From: Nitrospirota bacterium
GTDB taxonomy: Bacteria; JACPQY01
DNA length: 64,000 nt
Assembly (NCBI GenBank): GCA_016190245.1
Contig: JACPQY010000024.1
Location: forward strand, 121,620 to 185,619
Direction: 5' to 3'
In this document: positions 40,855 through 51,049 of the stretch, piece after piece
How the letters are laid out: the number at the start of each line of letters is the position of its first letter
Position numbering within the stretch: the stretch's first letter is position 1
Notes under the pieces: model-generated
Database searches by the model: none
Told to the model about the DNA's origin: nothing
Seen by the model: only the letters and a program-made list of their open reading frames with translations
Position numbers and translations under genes: made by a program

Positions 40855-41123
40855 ACGATCTCTCGTACGGAAGAGGCCTCGAGACACAGGTCTACGGAAG
40901 CCGCGGCGACCTTGCCGCTCGGACGCACCTTCGGCAACGCCACGGCGGTAGTGCTCCGAATCCTCTACACAGATCGGGCGAGTTGGCCCGAAGGGCCCTC
41001 CCGGCGCCAGGGGTTGGGGCGTGCCGGCAGACTGATCCTGGTCTCCATTGCCCCGGGGTGGCCCGAACAACATCCCCGAGCATCGAAATGGCAGGACGCG
41101 CATTCTTTCGCTATCATCCATCC

Positions 41124-42869
41124 ATGGGGCCGTGGCGGAGGACCGCGCACCTACTGCATCTCGCAGTGTTCCTCACCGTGGTCGCCTGCGGGAAAAGTCG
41201 AACATCACAGTCCGAGGAAGCAGTCAGCCAGCCCCAGCCGATCGCCTCGGACCAACTCGGAGACCCCACCGAGACGAGACCGCCCGAGCGCACAGCGATC
41301 GAGCTCCGGGTGGTCGTAGAGCCCTCTGATCTCGTCCTGGGCCAAGAGGCTGAAGTGCGTCTGACGCTGCTGTATTCGGATGGGACGGAGGAGTCTCTCC
41401 CGACACCCTACTGTGCCAGCTCCGATCTGAACGTTCTGACGTTTGCTTCCGAGATCGGCTACGTGCAAGCCATAGGCAGGGGCTCCGCCAAACTCACCTG
41501 CTGGCGTTACGACCTCATGGCCCAGATCAGCCTGAAGGTCGTTGATCCCCAACCTCCAGCCACCCAGGAGCCCGCCGCGCCACCGCCCGCCCCAGCCACA
41601 GCCCCAGAGCCCAAGCTGATCCTGGAACCCACATCGGGCGCAGCGCCTCTCGAAGTGGACACATTCCTGATAGCCGCTGCCTCCTGCCCGATGTCCTCCC
41701 ATGATCTTACCTCTATCGACCTGTCCACTGATTGGGGTGACGGCCAGCACGGAAAGGGTTCGCACCGGTACGTGGCCGCGGGGACGTTTTCCGCATGCAG
41801 CAGGACAGAATGTATTGGGCGCTTCACGGGCAAGAAACTACTGGAGCCCCCCGCCTGTGCCGCTGTGGTCGTGAGGCCAGCGGCGCGAGCGGCGATACGA
41901 ATCGCCGTGGGGCGGGCACATGTTTGCGCCCTCTTGGACGGTGGGAGCGCCTATTGCTGGGGGGAGAACGACCAGGGTCAGGCCGACGGGAAGCCCGGTC
42001 AACCCCTCTCCCAACCGGTTCTGGTTGACACAGGGGGCCCCGTATCTCATGTGACGACGGGGGACGACCACACGTGCGCCATCCTGGACGACCAACAGGT
42101 GGCCTGCTGGGGCAAGAACGAGAGGGGCCAACTGGGCAGGGGCATGTTCGGCGGTAGCGCCGGGGCTGTGGCCACCGTGCCAGCCTTGGACAAGGTTGTT
42201 GATCTGAGCGCGGGCGGCGCGCACACGTGCGCCGTGCTTGAAGATGGCACCGTCCATTGCTGGGGGGCGAACCAAGCCGGTCAGCTTGGCGATGGGACGA
42301 CCGTTGATCGGGCCGGACCGGTGGCCGTGTCGAACCTCACAGAGGTGGTTCGGATTGCAGCGGGAGGCAACCACTCGTGCGCCCTACACCACTCGGGCAC
42401 GGTCTCCTGCTGGGGTCGGAACGCCAACGGTCAGCTCGGCAATGGCAGCAACGGAGATTCGACGACGGCGGTGGAGGTGACGGGGATGCAAGCCACGCTC
42501 GTGTCTGTGGGGGAAAAGCACTCGTGCGCCGTTGACCGCCAGGATTCGGTGTGGTGCTGGGGGGCCAACGACGCCTATCAACTCGGCACGGGCGAAACCA
42601 AAGATTCATCCCAACCTGTGCAACCCATTCCAAGCGTGAACGCAACACGCCTGGCTGCCGGGGAAGTACAGACCTGCGCTCACCGAGCAAATGATTTCCT
42701 GTCTTGCTGGGGCAAGGGATTCGCAGAACAGCCTCTGGTCCACACGTCCCTCGGCCCGCCACGCGTCGCCGCAGCGTCCGTCCGCTCCAGTCGCACCTGC
42801 GTGATCTTCACCGGCGGCCTCGTCCGCTGCTCCGATACACCGGCGAACGAGGTCATCAACTTCCCGTAG
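41124..42869 (+). CDS. Lipoprotein with Ig-like (Big_2), PKD-like and RCC1 beta-propeller domains
   Basis: Lipobox VVAC; SSD.NV...G.V.A.G.G.A.LT; G.APL.V and DWGDG; repeated G..H.CA....G.V.CWG.N..GQLG. Confidence 0.88.
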   Translation: MGPWRRTAHLLHLAVFLTVVACGKSRTSQSEEAVSQPQPIASDQLGDPTETRPPERTAIELRVVVEPSDLVLGQEAEVRLTLLYSDGTEESLPTPYCASSDLNVLTFASEIGYVQAIGRGSAKLTCWRYDLMAQISLKVVDPQPPATQEPAAPPPAPATAPEPKLILEPTSGAAPLEVDTFLIAAASCPMSSHDLTSIDLSTDWGDGQHGKGSHRYVAAGTFSACSRTECIGRFTGKKLLEPPACAAVVVRPAARAAIRIAVGRAHVCALLDGGSAYCWGENDQGQADGKPGQPLSQPVLVDTGGPVSHVTTGDDHTCAILDDQQVACWGKNERGQLGRGMFGGSAGAVATVPALDKVVDLSAGGAHTCAVLEDGTVHCWGANQAGQLGDGTTVDRAGPVAVSNLTEVVRIAAGGNHSCALHHSGTVSCWGRNANGQLGNGSNGDSTTAVEVTGMQATLVSVGEKHSCAVDRQDSVWCWGANDAYQLGTGETKDSSQPVQPIPSVNATRLAAGEVQTCAHRANDFLSCWGKGFAEQPLVHTSLGPPRVAAASVRSSRTCVIFTGGLVRCSDTPANEVINFP

Positions 42870-43024
42870 GGCCAACCGGGATCGCAGCCGCCGACGCGGC
42901 ATGTGGCTCTCGGGGCCCCGTGATCGCCAAGGACAACCGCAAGCCGTCCTCCCACGCCCTCCAAGAGGCCATCCGAACCGGCTGCCCGCTTCCGTAGGAT
43001 GCAACCCGGAACTCGCCAAACGCT

Positions 43025-43053
43025 TTGACACGCCCCCGTGGCAGGCGGACAAT
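43025..43053 (+). promoter_or_regulatory. Sigma70-like promoter, probably leaderless
   Basis: TTGACA-17 nt-GACAAT, 7 nt before ATG 43061. Confidence 0.55.
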
Positions 43054-43060
43054 AGTGCCG

Positions 43061-43546
43061 ATGTCTGCTGATCGGCAGGCTTCAACGGTCGGATTCGGTC
43101 GCCGGATCCTCAGCCCGACGCCATGGCCTTGGGCGTGGACCCTCGTAGCGCTGTGGGGTTTCCATGCCGCAGCATGCACCTACAGCCGAATCGCCGAAGT
43201 GCCACAGCCTCTCAAGACCTCGGGGAATTTGCCCATCTCGGGCGCGGTGGAGGCCAATCTCGGACCGTTCGTGACGGGCGAGGTGTGCCGTTCCCGCGTC
43301 TTCTTCTGGGGCAGCGGGAAGGCTTCCATCGGCTACGCCATGCAGGATGCCCTCTCGAAGTCCCAGGGTTCGCACACGCTCTTCAACCCCATCATCGAGA
43401 AACAGATGTGGGAGTTCCTCGTCTGGGGCAAGCGATGCGTCATCGTCTCCGGGCAGGCCGTTCAGTTCGTCGTCAAGAAAACCGCCCTCAAGAAAGCGCC
43501 TCCGCCGCCCTCTCAGGAAGCGCCGCCGCCTTCCTCCGCGCCCTGA
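43061..43546 (+). CDS. Small lipoprotein, TRL-like
   Basis: Lipobox AAAC; G..C......G.ASI..A...A ... C..V.G pattern; Lys/Pro-rich tail. Confidence 0.55.
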   Translation: MSADRQASTVGFGRRILSPTPWPWAWTLVALWGFHAAACTYSRIAEVPQPLKTSGNLPISGAVEANLGPFVTGEVCRSRVFFWGSGKASIGYAMQDALSKSQGSHTLFNPIIEKQMWEFLVWGKRCVIVSGQAVQFVVKKTALKKAPPPPSQEAPPPSSAP

Positions 43547-43626
43547 TCCGTCGCTGAGGCGGCGTCCCCCACCCGCTCACGAAGACACGCGCGCCTGTGG
43601 CGAGGGGGCTGTCGCACACCCCCCCC

Positions 43627-43679
43627 TTGACAGGCCGGACCCATGGTCTATAATTCGACCAATGGACTATAATTCGACC
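43627..43679 (+). promoter_or_regulatory. Consensus promoter with tandem operator repeat for the TetR gene
   Basis: TTGACA (43627-43632)-16 nt-TATAAT (43649-43654); ATGG(T/A)CTATAATTCGACC at 43643-43660 and 43662-43679. Confidence 0.75.
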
Positions 43680-44447
43680 GCAAGTCAGGTCATCGCCCTG
43701 CCGGATCGGAAACAGCGCGAGAGGGAAGCGCGGGGCGATCTCATCCTCGAAGCGGCCCAGCAGGTGTTCGAAGAAAAGGGCTACCAGGCCGCGACGATGG
43801 CGGACATCGCCGAGCGGGCCGGCTTCGGAAAGAGCTCCATCTATTTCTATTTCAAGAGCAAGGACGAGATCTACGTCACTCTCATCGTCGAGGGACTCAA
43901 GGAACTCCGCGCCAAAGTCCTCGCCCGGATCGCCTCCACCGACACCGTGCAGGAGAAGATCAATGTGATCCTCACCGCGTTCATGGATTTCCTCCGGGGA
44001 CGCCGGAGCTACTACGATGCGCTCGTCCTCTTCTACCCCGAGGACAGCCCCGCCACCCTCCCCGCTGAGCTCGAAGAGGCTTGGGGACGGGAGATCCTGA
44101 CGAGCATCGAGTTGCTGGCCTCGATCGTGGACGCACTGCAGCCCCCGGCTCGCCGCGACATCCGCGAGGCCCGGCAGCGCGTGTTCATCGTCGTCGGCGC
44201 CTGCCTCGGAATCTACAGCCTCACGCAATCGCGCTCCAAGGCCCTGCGCAATCGCCTGGACTACGATCGCCTCATGGAAATTGTTCGAAATGAAGTCGTG
44301 CCGGCGCTCTTCCGACTCGACGGATGGGCCACCGGCGCGCGATCCACACCGCCGTCCGCCTTATCGTCCCCCCCCCGGCGGCGTCACTCCCCGGTGAGGA
44401 CAAAGAGCGGATCCCAATCACGAAGGAGGAACCATGGTCCAAGTTGA
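43662..44447 (+). CDS. TetR/AcrR family transcriptional regulator
   Basis: ILEAA..VF..KGY...TM.DIA..AG..K.SIYFYFKSKDEI. Confidence 0.93.
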   Translation: MDYNSTASQVIALPDRKQREREARGDLILEAAQQVFEEKGYQAATMADIAERAGFGKSSIYFYFKSKDEIYVTLIVEGLKELRAKVLARIASTDTVQEKINVILTAFMDFLRGRRSYYDALVLFYPEDSPATLPAELEEAWGREILTSIELLASIVDALQPPARRDIREARQRVFIVVGACLGIYSLTQSRSKALRNRLDYDRLMEIVRNEVVPALFRLDGWATGARSTPPSALSSPPRRRHSPVRTKSGSQSRRRNHGPS

Positions 44448-45027
44448 CGTGTTCTGGACGTTCGCGATCGGCTCCTCGTTCGCGGCCGCCGCCTCGCGGC
44501 AGCTCAAGAACGAGAAGAAGCCCTACGTGAACAAGTATTTTGTGTACACGCTCGTCTTTCTCTCCGTCCTCTTCGCCCCCTCGGGCGTGTATCTCCTTTG
44601 GGCGTTCCCAGGGTGGGAAACGATGTTCATGCTCGATCGCAACGTCCACCCGAGCATACCCTGCATCTTCGCCGCCACGAACATCCTGTTCGGGATCCTC
44701 GGCTGGAGGATGGCCTACGGCTACATCAAGAAAGGCCAACCCGGCGCCGTCCATCGGCTGTACCTGTTCGGGTACGCCATGATGTTCGGGATCCTCGGTT
44801 TCGGCTGGAAGCGATTCTTCTACTCCGGGACGATCGAGGAATGGCGCGCGGGCGTTCCGTACAGCGTGTCCGCGTGGTTCACGTCGGACGTGGCCCTCGC
44901 CCTCCTCGTCATGGGCGTGATCATCGCCCCGCCGCTCATCTACCCCTATCGCGCGTGGCCGCGTGAGGGCAAGGCCCTCTCCCTGACCACCCGGGTGCCG
45001 CACGGCGCTGCGCCGCGACCCGCCTGA
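44434..45027 (+). CDS. Conserved integral membrane protein
   Basis: AAGGAGG SD; MVQVDVFW, FAPSG.YLLW.FPGWETM; 5-6 TM helices. Confidence 0.8.
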   Translation: MVQVDVFWTFAIGSSFAAAASRQLKNEKKPYVNKYFVYTLVFLSVLFAPSGVYLLWAFPGWETMFMLDRNVHPSIPCIFAATNILFGILGWRMAYGYIKKGQPGAVHRLYLFGYAMMFGILGFGWKRFFYSGTIEEWRAGVPYSVSAWFTSDVALALLVMGVIIAPPLIYPYRAWPREGKALSLTTRVPHGAAPRPA

Positions 45028-45035
45028 AGCGGAAC

Positions 45036-46184
45036 ATGACCATGCCCATGCCCAAGCGCCGCGGCCGGCAGCTCATGGACGGAGTACTCCACACCGACCC
45101 GGGCTGCTTCGTCCTGTGCGAATCGGACGCGGCGCAGGAGCTCAGGAGGCTCGTCCCCGAACCGCTGGAGCCGGGACGTAGGGTCCTCCTCATGCTGAAC
45201 CGCTATCCCGAGGGCCTCTCCCTCGGAAACTCGCGGCTTGAGGAGGTGGAACCCTACTCCGAGAGCATCATCTGCATCGAGACGGACAAGGGCTGGTACA
45301 ACTCGCACATCTGGCTGACGGACGACGTGGGCCTGATCGGCGGACGCGAGGGAATCGGGATGCCCAAGTTCCTCGCCGATCACGAGCTCCGATGGGCGGG
45401 GCGAACCTTCGAGGGCCGCGTGACCCGCCGCGGAGCGTTCCTCTTCTCGATCCGCGCCGGCGGGCTCGCGAGGACGAGCGCGCCCGCTCTCCCCTTCGGG
45501 CCGAGCGAGCGGATGGTCACGCTGCGCCAGATACCCGCCCCGGGGATGGTTGGCCTCACCTCGAAGGAACTGATGTTCACGCGGCTGACCTATCGAGTAG
45601 AGGACGTGCGTGAGTCGGAGGATGTTCGGGTTGAGCTCGGGAATGCCCCCAACACCCCTTTGAGCCGCCTTGCCCCGCTCAGGCCCCTGAAGGCATGGGT
45701 GGGCCGCAGCCACATTTTTCTCACGTTCACGCCGGAGACGATCCCGCTCGATCCCCGCATAATCCACCTCCCGCAGTATTTCCTCCCCATGGAGAAGTAC
45801 TTCGGCGCCGCAGCGGCCGATTTCCTCAACGACCGGCTGAACGCGGTCTACTCGAACGGAGGTCCGGGCCGCGCCGTCCTCCGAAGGTGGGTTCCCCGGC
45901 GCGGCGAGCGCGCGGTGGATATCCGCGTGAAAGGCATGCCGGACCTTCCCGCGATCCGCCTCACCCTCGAGCGCACGCGTTTCCAAGTGGGAAAGGCCGA
46001 TGCGAACCGCCCGGCCGACCTCGCCGTCGAGGGCTACATGCGAACCTTCTGGGACATTCTCACCGGCGACGCCCGACCGCTCACCGCATGGCTAAAGGGC
46101 GAGATCACGATCCGGCCGAGACTGGCGGTCGGCGCGCACCTCGCGGCCCTATCTATTTTCGCGCCCCAAGGAGGCCGACCATGA
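45036..46184 (+). CDS. Acetoacetate-decarboxylase-like domain fused to a C-terminal SCP2 sterol-binding domain
   Basis: L.RLVPEPLEP, PY.E, GRE..GMPK (ADC Schiff-base Lys); AD..V......F..I..G...P..AW..G.I.I SCP2 pattern. Confidence 0.75.
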   Translation: MTMPMPKRRGRQLMDGVLHTDPGCFVLCESDAAQELRRLVPEPLEPGRRVLLMLNRYPEGLSLGNSRLEEVEPYSESIICIETDKGWYNSHIWLTDDVGLIGGREGIGMPKFLADHELRWAGRTFEGRVTRRGAFLFSIRAGGLARTSAPALPFGPSERMVTLRQIPAPGMVGLTSKELMFTRLTYRVEDVRESEDVRVELGNAPNTPLSRLAPLRPLKAWVGRSHIFLTFTPETIPLDPRIIHLPQYFLPMEKYFGAAAADFLNDRLNAVYSNGGPGRAVLRRWVPRRGERAVDIRVKGMPDLPAIRLTLERTRFQVGKADANRPADLAVEGYMRTFWDILTGDARPLTAWLKGEITIRPRLAVGAHLAALSIFAPQGGRP

Positions 46185-47443
46185 ACGCCCTTTTCAAACC
46201 CATCCGAATCGGAGCCCGTGAAGTAAAGAACCGGCTGGTCAAGACGGCCACGTTCGAGACGATGGGCACGCCGGACGGATACATTACGCAGCAATACGTG
46301 GACTGGTACGCGGCCCTCGCACGCGGCGGTGTGGGGATGATCCACACGGGCATCGTCTATCCCCAGGCCGCGGGACAGGCCTCGCCCCACGAGGTGGGGA
46401 TCGAGAAGGACGAGCGAATCGCCGGCTTCCGGCGACTCGCCGAGGCGGTCCACCAATACGACGGCCTGATCCTCGCCCAACTCCACCACCCGGGCCGCCA
46501 GTTCTTCCCCACGCCCGACCTCCCCGGTGAGGTGGTCGGCCCTTCGCCGGTAAGAAACCTCATCTCGCGCATCACTCCACGGCAGCTCACCATCGCCGAG
46601 ATCGAGGGACTCATCTCGGCCTGGGCCGCGGCGGCGCGGCGGGCCGAAGAGGCCGGGCTGGACGGCGTTCAGCTCCACATCGCCCACGGCTACCTCATTC
46701 ACGCGTTCATCTCCGGCCGGACGAACCGGAGAACGGATGTCTATGGCGGATCGCTGGACGACCGGCTCAAGCTCGTGCGAGACCTCGTGGCCGCCGTGCG
46801 CGCAAAGACGGGACCGACGTTCCTCGTCACGGTGAAAATCAACGGCGCGGATGGACTCCCCCCCGGCGGGGTCACACCGCGTATCGCTGCCGATGTCGCC
46901 GAGCGCATCTCCTCGCTTCCGATCGACGCCATCGAGGTGAGCCGGGGCACGTACGAATATCCGAGCACCGTCCGCGGAGACCTCTTCTTCCCGCTGATGC
47001 TCAGCAAGGGCCTCGGGAAGCACCTCCCCTCCTATATAAAAGCTGTCGCCTATGCCCTTGCGCCGGTGCTCGCGGTGGCCCTGCGATACCGCGAAGGCTT
47101 CAACATGGATGCGGTGCGGTTGATCCGGCCGAAGACGCGCAAACCGCTCATCGCCCTCGGGGGATTCAAGACGCCCTCCGTGATGGCGCGGATCGTTGAG
47201 AGCGGCGAGGCGGACATGATCTCCATGGGTCGCCAACTCGTCGCAGATCCCGACCTCCCGAACAAGATCCGCGACGGAGGCGAGATCAACGTATGCACGT
47301 TCTGCAACAAGTGCATCGCCCTCGTCGGGGTGAAACCGGCGCTCTGCTACAAAGACGTGGACGTGGAGACCGTGTCGCCGCCGATTTCCGGGGCGATCCG
47401 TGACCACGCGGGCGACCCGGTTCGCCTCGCTGCCGCGAGCTGA
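46181..47443 (+). CDS. NADH:flavin oxidoreductase (Old Yellow Enzyme family)
   Basis: LF.PI.IG....KNR, ARGGVG.I.TG, QL.H.GRQ, AGLDGVQLH.AHGYL, N.RTD.YGGSL..R, R..VADPD.P, C..CN.C. Confidence 0.92.
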   Translation: MNALFKPIRIGAREVKNRLVKTATFETMGTPDGYITQQYVDWYAALARGGVGMIHTGIVYPQAAGQASPHEVGIEKDERIAGFRRLAEAVHQYDGLILAQLHHPGRQFFPTPDLPGEVVGPSPVRNLISRITPRQLTIAEIEGLISAWAAAARRAEEAGLDGVQLHIAHGYLIHAFISGRTNRRTDVYGGSLDDRLKLVRDLVAAVRAKTGPTFLVTVKINGADGLPPGGVTPRIAADVAERISSLPIDAIEVSRGTYEYPSTVRGDLFFPLMLSKGLGKHLPSYIKAVAYALAPVLAVALRYREGFNMDAVRLIRPKTRKPLIALGGFKTPSVMARIVESGEADMISMGRQLVADPDLPNKIRDGGEINVCTFCNKCIALVGVKPALCYKDVDVETVSPPISGAIRDHAGDPVRLAAAS

Positions 47444-47467
47444 GATGAACATCTCAATCCCCGTCGA

Positions 47468-48490
47468 ATGAAAGCGCTCGTCACGGGCGGAGCGGGTTTC
47501 GTCGGCTCGCACGTCGTCAAGACCCTGCTCGCCAAAGGCATCGAGACGCGGGTCCTCCAACTGCCAAAAGAGGACACACGCAATCTGAAGGGCCTGGAGT
47601 ACGAGCCGATCGTCGGCGACCTCACGGATCCCTCCTGCCTCGAAAAGGCCGTGAAGGGATGCGATTGGGTTTTCCACGTCGCCGCCATCTATGCTCTGTG
47701 GCTCCCGAAACCCGAGCGGATGCGGCAGGTGAACGTAGAAGGCACGCGCAACATCCTCCGCGCAGCCGAGAAGGCCGGCGTGAAGAAGGTGGTGCACACC
47801 AGCACGATCGCGGCCTTCAGCGGGCAGGGTGTGAACCAGGATGTGACCGAAAAGAGTCCCTTCAGCCTTCAGCACACGGGCGATCTCTACTGCATCACAA
47901 AGTACGAGGCTCACAAGGTGGCGGAGGAATTCGCGGCGCGCGGCCTGGATGTCTCCATCGCTGCGCCGTGCGGCCCGATCGGCCCGGGAGACGTGGCGCC
48001 GACACCCACGGGCCGGTTCTTCCTCGCCACGGTGAACATGCCCATCACATTCATGATCGACATGCAGGCCAACCTCGTGGATGTGAGGGACGTCGCGGCG
48101 GGCCATATCCTCGCGGCGGAAAAAGGACGCCGGGGCGAGAGCTACCTCCTCGGGAACGGGAACTACGCCTATCGCGAGATCGCCGATCTGGTGATGCGCA
48201 TCACGGGCGTGCGCAAAACTGTCGTTACCCTCCCCAACTCCGCCGCCGCGGCGGCCGCCCGGGTGGCGCTCTTCCTGGCGGACCACGTGACGCACCGACC
48301 GCCGCTCCTCACGCCGGCCACTGTGGCGATCCGTCGCTACGGTCTGCGGGCGGACTGCACGAAGGCGTTTACCGAACTCGGGCTCCCGCGAACGCCCTTG
48401 GAAACGTCAGTTCGGGACGCCCTGATCTGGTTTGCCCGGAACGGCTACATCAAGAACGAAAAAGTCCTCCGGAACCTTCCCCGGTCCTGA
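47468..48490 (+). CDS. Extended SDR, NAD-dependent epimerase/dehydratase (HpnA/dihydroflavonol-reductase-like)
   Basis: LVTGGAGFVG, VFHVAA.Y.LW, VNV.GT, YxxxK (YCITK), GPGD..PTPTG, VDVRDVA.GH. Confidence 0.92.
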   Translation: MKALVTGGAGFVGSHVVKTLLAKGIETRVLQLPKEDTRNLKGLEYEPIVGDLTDPSCLEKAVKGCDWVFHVAAIYALWLPKPERMRQVNVEGTRNILRAAEKAGVKKVVHTSTIAAFSGQGVNQDVTEKSPFSLQHTGDLYCITKYEAHKVAEEFAARGLDVSIAAPCGPIGPGDVAPTPTGRFFLATVNMPITFMIDMQANLVDVRDVAAGHILAAEKGRRGESYLLGNGNYAYREIADLVMRITGVRKTVVTLPNSAAAAAARVALFLADHVTHRPPLLTPATVAIRRYGLRADCTKAFTELGLPRTPLETSVRDALIWFARNGYIKNEKVLRNLPRS

Positions 48491-48550
48491 CCAGCCAGTG
48501 CCAACCCGGCTCGCACCGGCCGGGCTCGACGTGTGGGGCACCCCGCCACC

Positions 48551-48715
48551 TCAGGGCACACTCATACTCGGGTGGGAGCGGGCCAGCTTGCCCGAACTTA
48601 GCAGCGGAGTCGAAGCCTTGCTGGACAGCATTTGGGCCGTCACGAGGAGGACGAACCCCACCATGCTTGCCGCCACGATCCAGAGACCCATGCCTACGTA
48701 CCCGTTCTTTCTCAT
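48551..48715 (-). CDS. Possible small single-TM protein (54 aa)
   Basis: MRKNGYVGMGLWIVAASMVGFVLLV hydrophobic helix; AAGGGGG SD-like sequence upstream; no recognised family. Confidence 0.35.
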   Translation of the reverse strand: MRKNGYVGMGLWIVAASMVGFVLLVTAQMLSSKASTPLLSSGKLARSHPSMSVP

Positions 48716-48994
48716 GGGAACAAGACCCCCTTTCCGGGTCGTTCCCGCCACTCATTCTGGCCAAGGCGTGGTGTCACAATACATCAAGATTCGACGTCTG
48801 AAAAGCTGGTTTTCTTCCGAGCAAGGCACAAACGTCATTGGTCGCCCCCCGGGGGACAGGCCAACGCCGCTTGCCAGAACAAATAGCGGGAAATCAGTAT
48901 GTCAGCGGTGGGCTCAGGTGCGGCCTGCCCCGCCGCCCACCACTCCGCGATCCAAGACCGAGGGTCGAGAGAAGCTCCGAGCCTCCCTACCGAC

Positions 48995-50191
48995 TCAGTA
49001 CGACCTCGGCATCCCGAGCACGTGCTCGCTGATGTAGTTGAGAATCATCTCCTTCGAGATGGGAGCCGTGCGCAAGAGCCGCGTGCCCTCCCAGTAGTAG
49101 ATCAGGCCGTACTCCTCGGAGAAGCCGTAGCCGCCGTGCGTCTGGATGGCACGGTCCACCGACTTGATGGCCACCTCGGCCGCCTGGTACTTCGCCATGT
49201 TGGCCCACGTGCCGACCTGTGCCGGGTCAAAACCCTTGTCGAATGCCCAAGCCGCCTTGTACATGAGCAGCCGCGCGCCTTCCAACTCGATCTTGCATTC
49301 CGCCAGCGGATGTTGAAGCCCCTGATACACGCCGATGGGCTGGTCGCGGAAGACCTTTCGCTGGCTGGCGTACTCCACGGCCTTCCCGATCACGTAGTCG
49401 GACATCCCCACGGCCGTGGCCGCGGCAAGAATCCGCTCGGGGTTGAGCGTGTTGAACAGGGCCATCGAGCCCATGTTCTCCTGCCCGATGAGGTTCTCCG
49501 CGGGCACTTTCACATCATCGAAGAAGATCGTGAACTGCCTCATGCCCTCGATGCCGTGTGTCGGGATCACCTGAAGCTCGATGCCCTTGCTCTTGCAGTC
49601 CACCATGAAGAGCGAGAGGCCGAACGCCTTGGGCAGACCCTGCTTGGCGAGCTCGTCCACCGTGGTCGTGCGCGCCACGACGAGCATGTAGTCGGCCGCG
49701 TCCACGCCGGTGATGAAGGTCTTCTGGCCCGAGAGACTGTACGCCGAGCCGTTCTTCCGCGCGACGGTCTTGAGGCGGAACGTATTGCTGCCCGCGTCCG
49801 GCTCGGTGAGGGCAAAGGCGAACTTGAGCTTGCCCTGGGCCACGCCGGGAAGGAACCGCCGCTTCATCTCCTCGCTGCCGTTGCGGAGGATGCAGAGCGA
49901 GTCCATCGTTGTGAGGATCGTGAGTGCCGTTCCGAAACCGTGGCTGCCCATCGTCTCGGAGGCAACCACCATGGCCGTGAGACCCAGTCCCGTGCCGCCG
50001 TACTCCGCTGGGATCAGGCTGCCCATGATGCCGGCCTCCGCAAGGGCATCCCAAAGCTCCTGGGGAAATTTCTTCTCCTTCAGGACCATCTTGCGGAACT
50101 CCTCGCGGCGCGGGGCGAACCGCTTGATCATGTCGTCGACGGTCTTCTGGATCATCTTGTGTTCTTCGCTGAGCTCGAAATCCATCGCCAT
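48995..50191 (-). CDS. Acyl-CoA dehydrogenase family protein
   Basis: IP.EYGG.GLG, FALTEPDAGS, GQK.FIT, LNPERI, R.VF...IG.YQG.QH.LA, QTHGGYGF..EY; AAGGAGG SD. Confidence 0.95.
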   Translation of the reverse strand: MAMDFELSEEHKMIQKTVDDMIKRFAPRREEFRKMVLKEKKFPQELWDALAEAGIMGSLIPAEYGGTGLGLTAMVVASETMGSHGFGTALTILTTMDSLCILRNGSEEMKRRFLPGVAQGKLKFAFALTEPDAGSNTFRLKTVARKNGSAYSLSGQKTFITGVDAADYMLVVARTTTVDELAKQGLPKAFGLSLFMVDCKSKGIELQVIPTHGIEGMRQFTIFFDDVKVPAENLIGQENMGSMALFNTLNPERILAAATAVGMSDYVIGKAVEYASQRKVFRDQPIGVYQGLQHPLAECKIELEGARLLMYKAAWAFDKGFDPAQVGTWANMAKYQAAEVAIKSVDRAIQTHGGYGFSEEYGLIYYWEGTRLLRTAPISKEMILNYISEHVLGMPRSY

Positions 50192-50316
50192 GGTAATTCC
50201 TCCTTAGGTGGTCCCCTTGTGGACCCCGGTTTCCTCCCATAACCCAGATTCGCGCGGGCGTCCACCGAGTTCGGCACTCGCTCGGGCCGAGCACGCCCCT
50301 CTACGAGACCCGCCCT

Positions 50317-50946
50317 CTACAACCACCCCCACGAAGCGAAAACGGCAAGGCAGACCGCGTCGAACGCGTACAGGAAGCCCACCGTCGTCGCCTTTCGGCG
50401 CACCGTCGGCATGTCATGCACCCAAGAGGCCGTGAGAAACATCGGGAGGTAGCCGAAAAGGAAGATCAGCCACGGCGACCGGGCCGACCACCACGGGTAG
50501 TCCCACGCCAAGGCCCCGATCGAGTTGAGGGCGATCTCAACAAGCACGCAGATCACGCTGAACCCGCACGCGATCACGAGGCGGTTGGGCAGCCCGGCCA
50601 GCTTCATCGCCCTGTCGCGGGGCAGCACCTGGGCGACAGCCACACCCATGACGAGGAACATCAGACAGATCTCGATGTTGAGGCCGATCACAATCAGATA
50701 GGCCGTTCCCGCCGGCGCGCCCCAGATCGGCGCGTACTGCGTGAAGTGGAACACGAGCCCGTTGACGATTTCGTTGAACCAGTCCACCCCCCACAGGGCC
50801 AGCCCCGCGAACACGATGTCCCAGTTTTTCCGCCCGATCTCGACGTGATAGATGTAGATCGCGATCACGAGGATCGGGATAACATGCCACTGGAAATGCG
50901 ACCCATCCCTCAGGATGGACATCGCTTGGGCGGCCGAGGGTGTCAT
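50317..50946 (-). CDS. Conserved integral membrane protein
   Basis: About 6 TM helices; LRD...FQW..IP, DWFNEI.NGL, GLNIEI, L.W.YPWW. Confidence 0.8.
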   Translation of the reverse strand: MTPSAAQAMSILRDGSHFQWHVIPILVIAIYIYHVEIGRKNWDIVFAGLALWGVDWFNEIVNGLVFHFTQYAPIWGAPAGTAYLIVIGLNIEICLMFLVMGVAVAQVLPRDRAMKLAGLPNRLVIACGFSVICVLVEIALNSIGALAWDYPWWSARSPWLIFLFGYLPMFLTASWVHDMPTVRRKATTVGFLYAFDAVCLAVFASWGWL

Positions 50947-51049
50947 CTCGCGCCCCGCACCCTACCCCGCGCCGCGGCCACGGTCAACGCGAGGAACATG
51001 TCCGCGCGTCCCGCTCCACCATCGAGCGCGCCCCCAGCGGTCGCTTCAC

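Noticed and set aside
46034..48295. Long antisense/alternative-frame ORFs (e.g. 46034-48295, 60828-63209, 33284-35596, 17585-19057, 1675-2829)
   Set aside because: Shadow ORFs expected in high-GC DNA overlapping well-supported genes; no recognisable motifs
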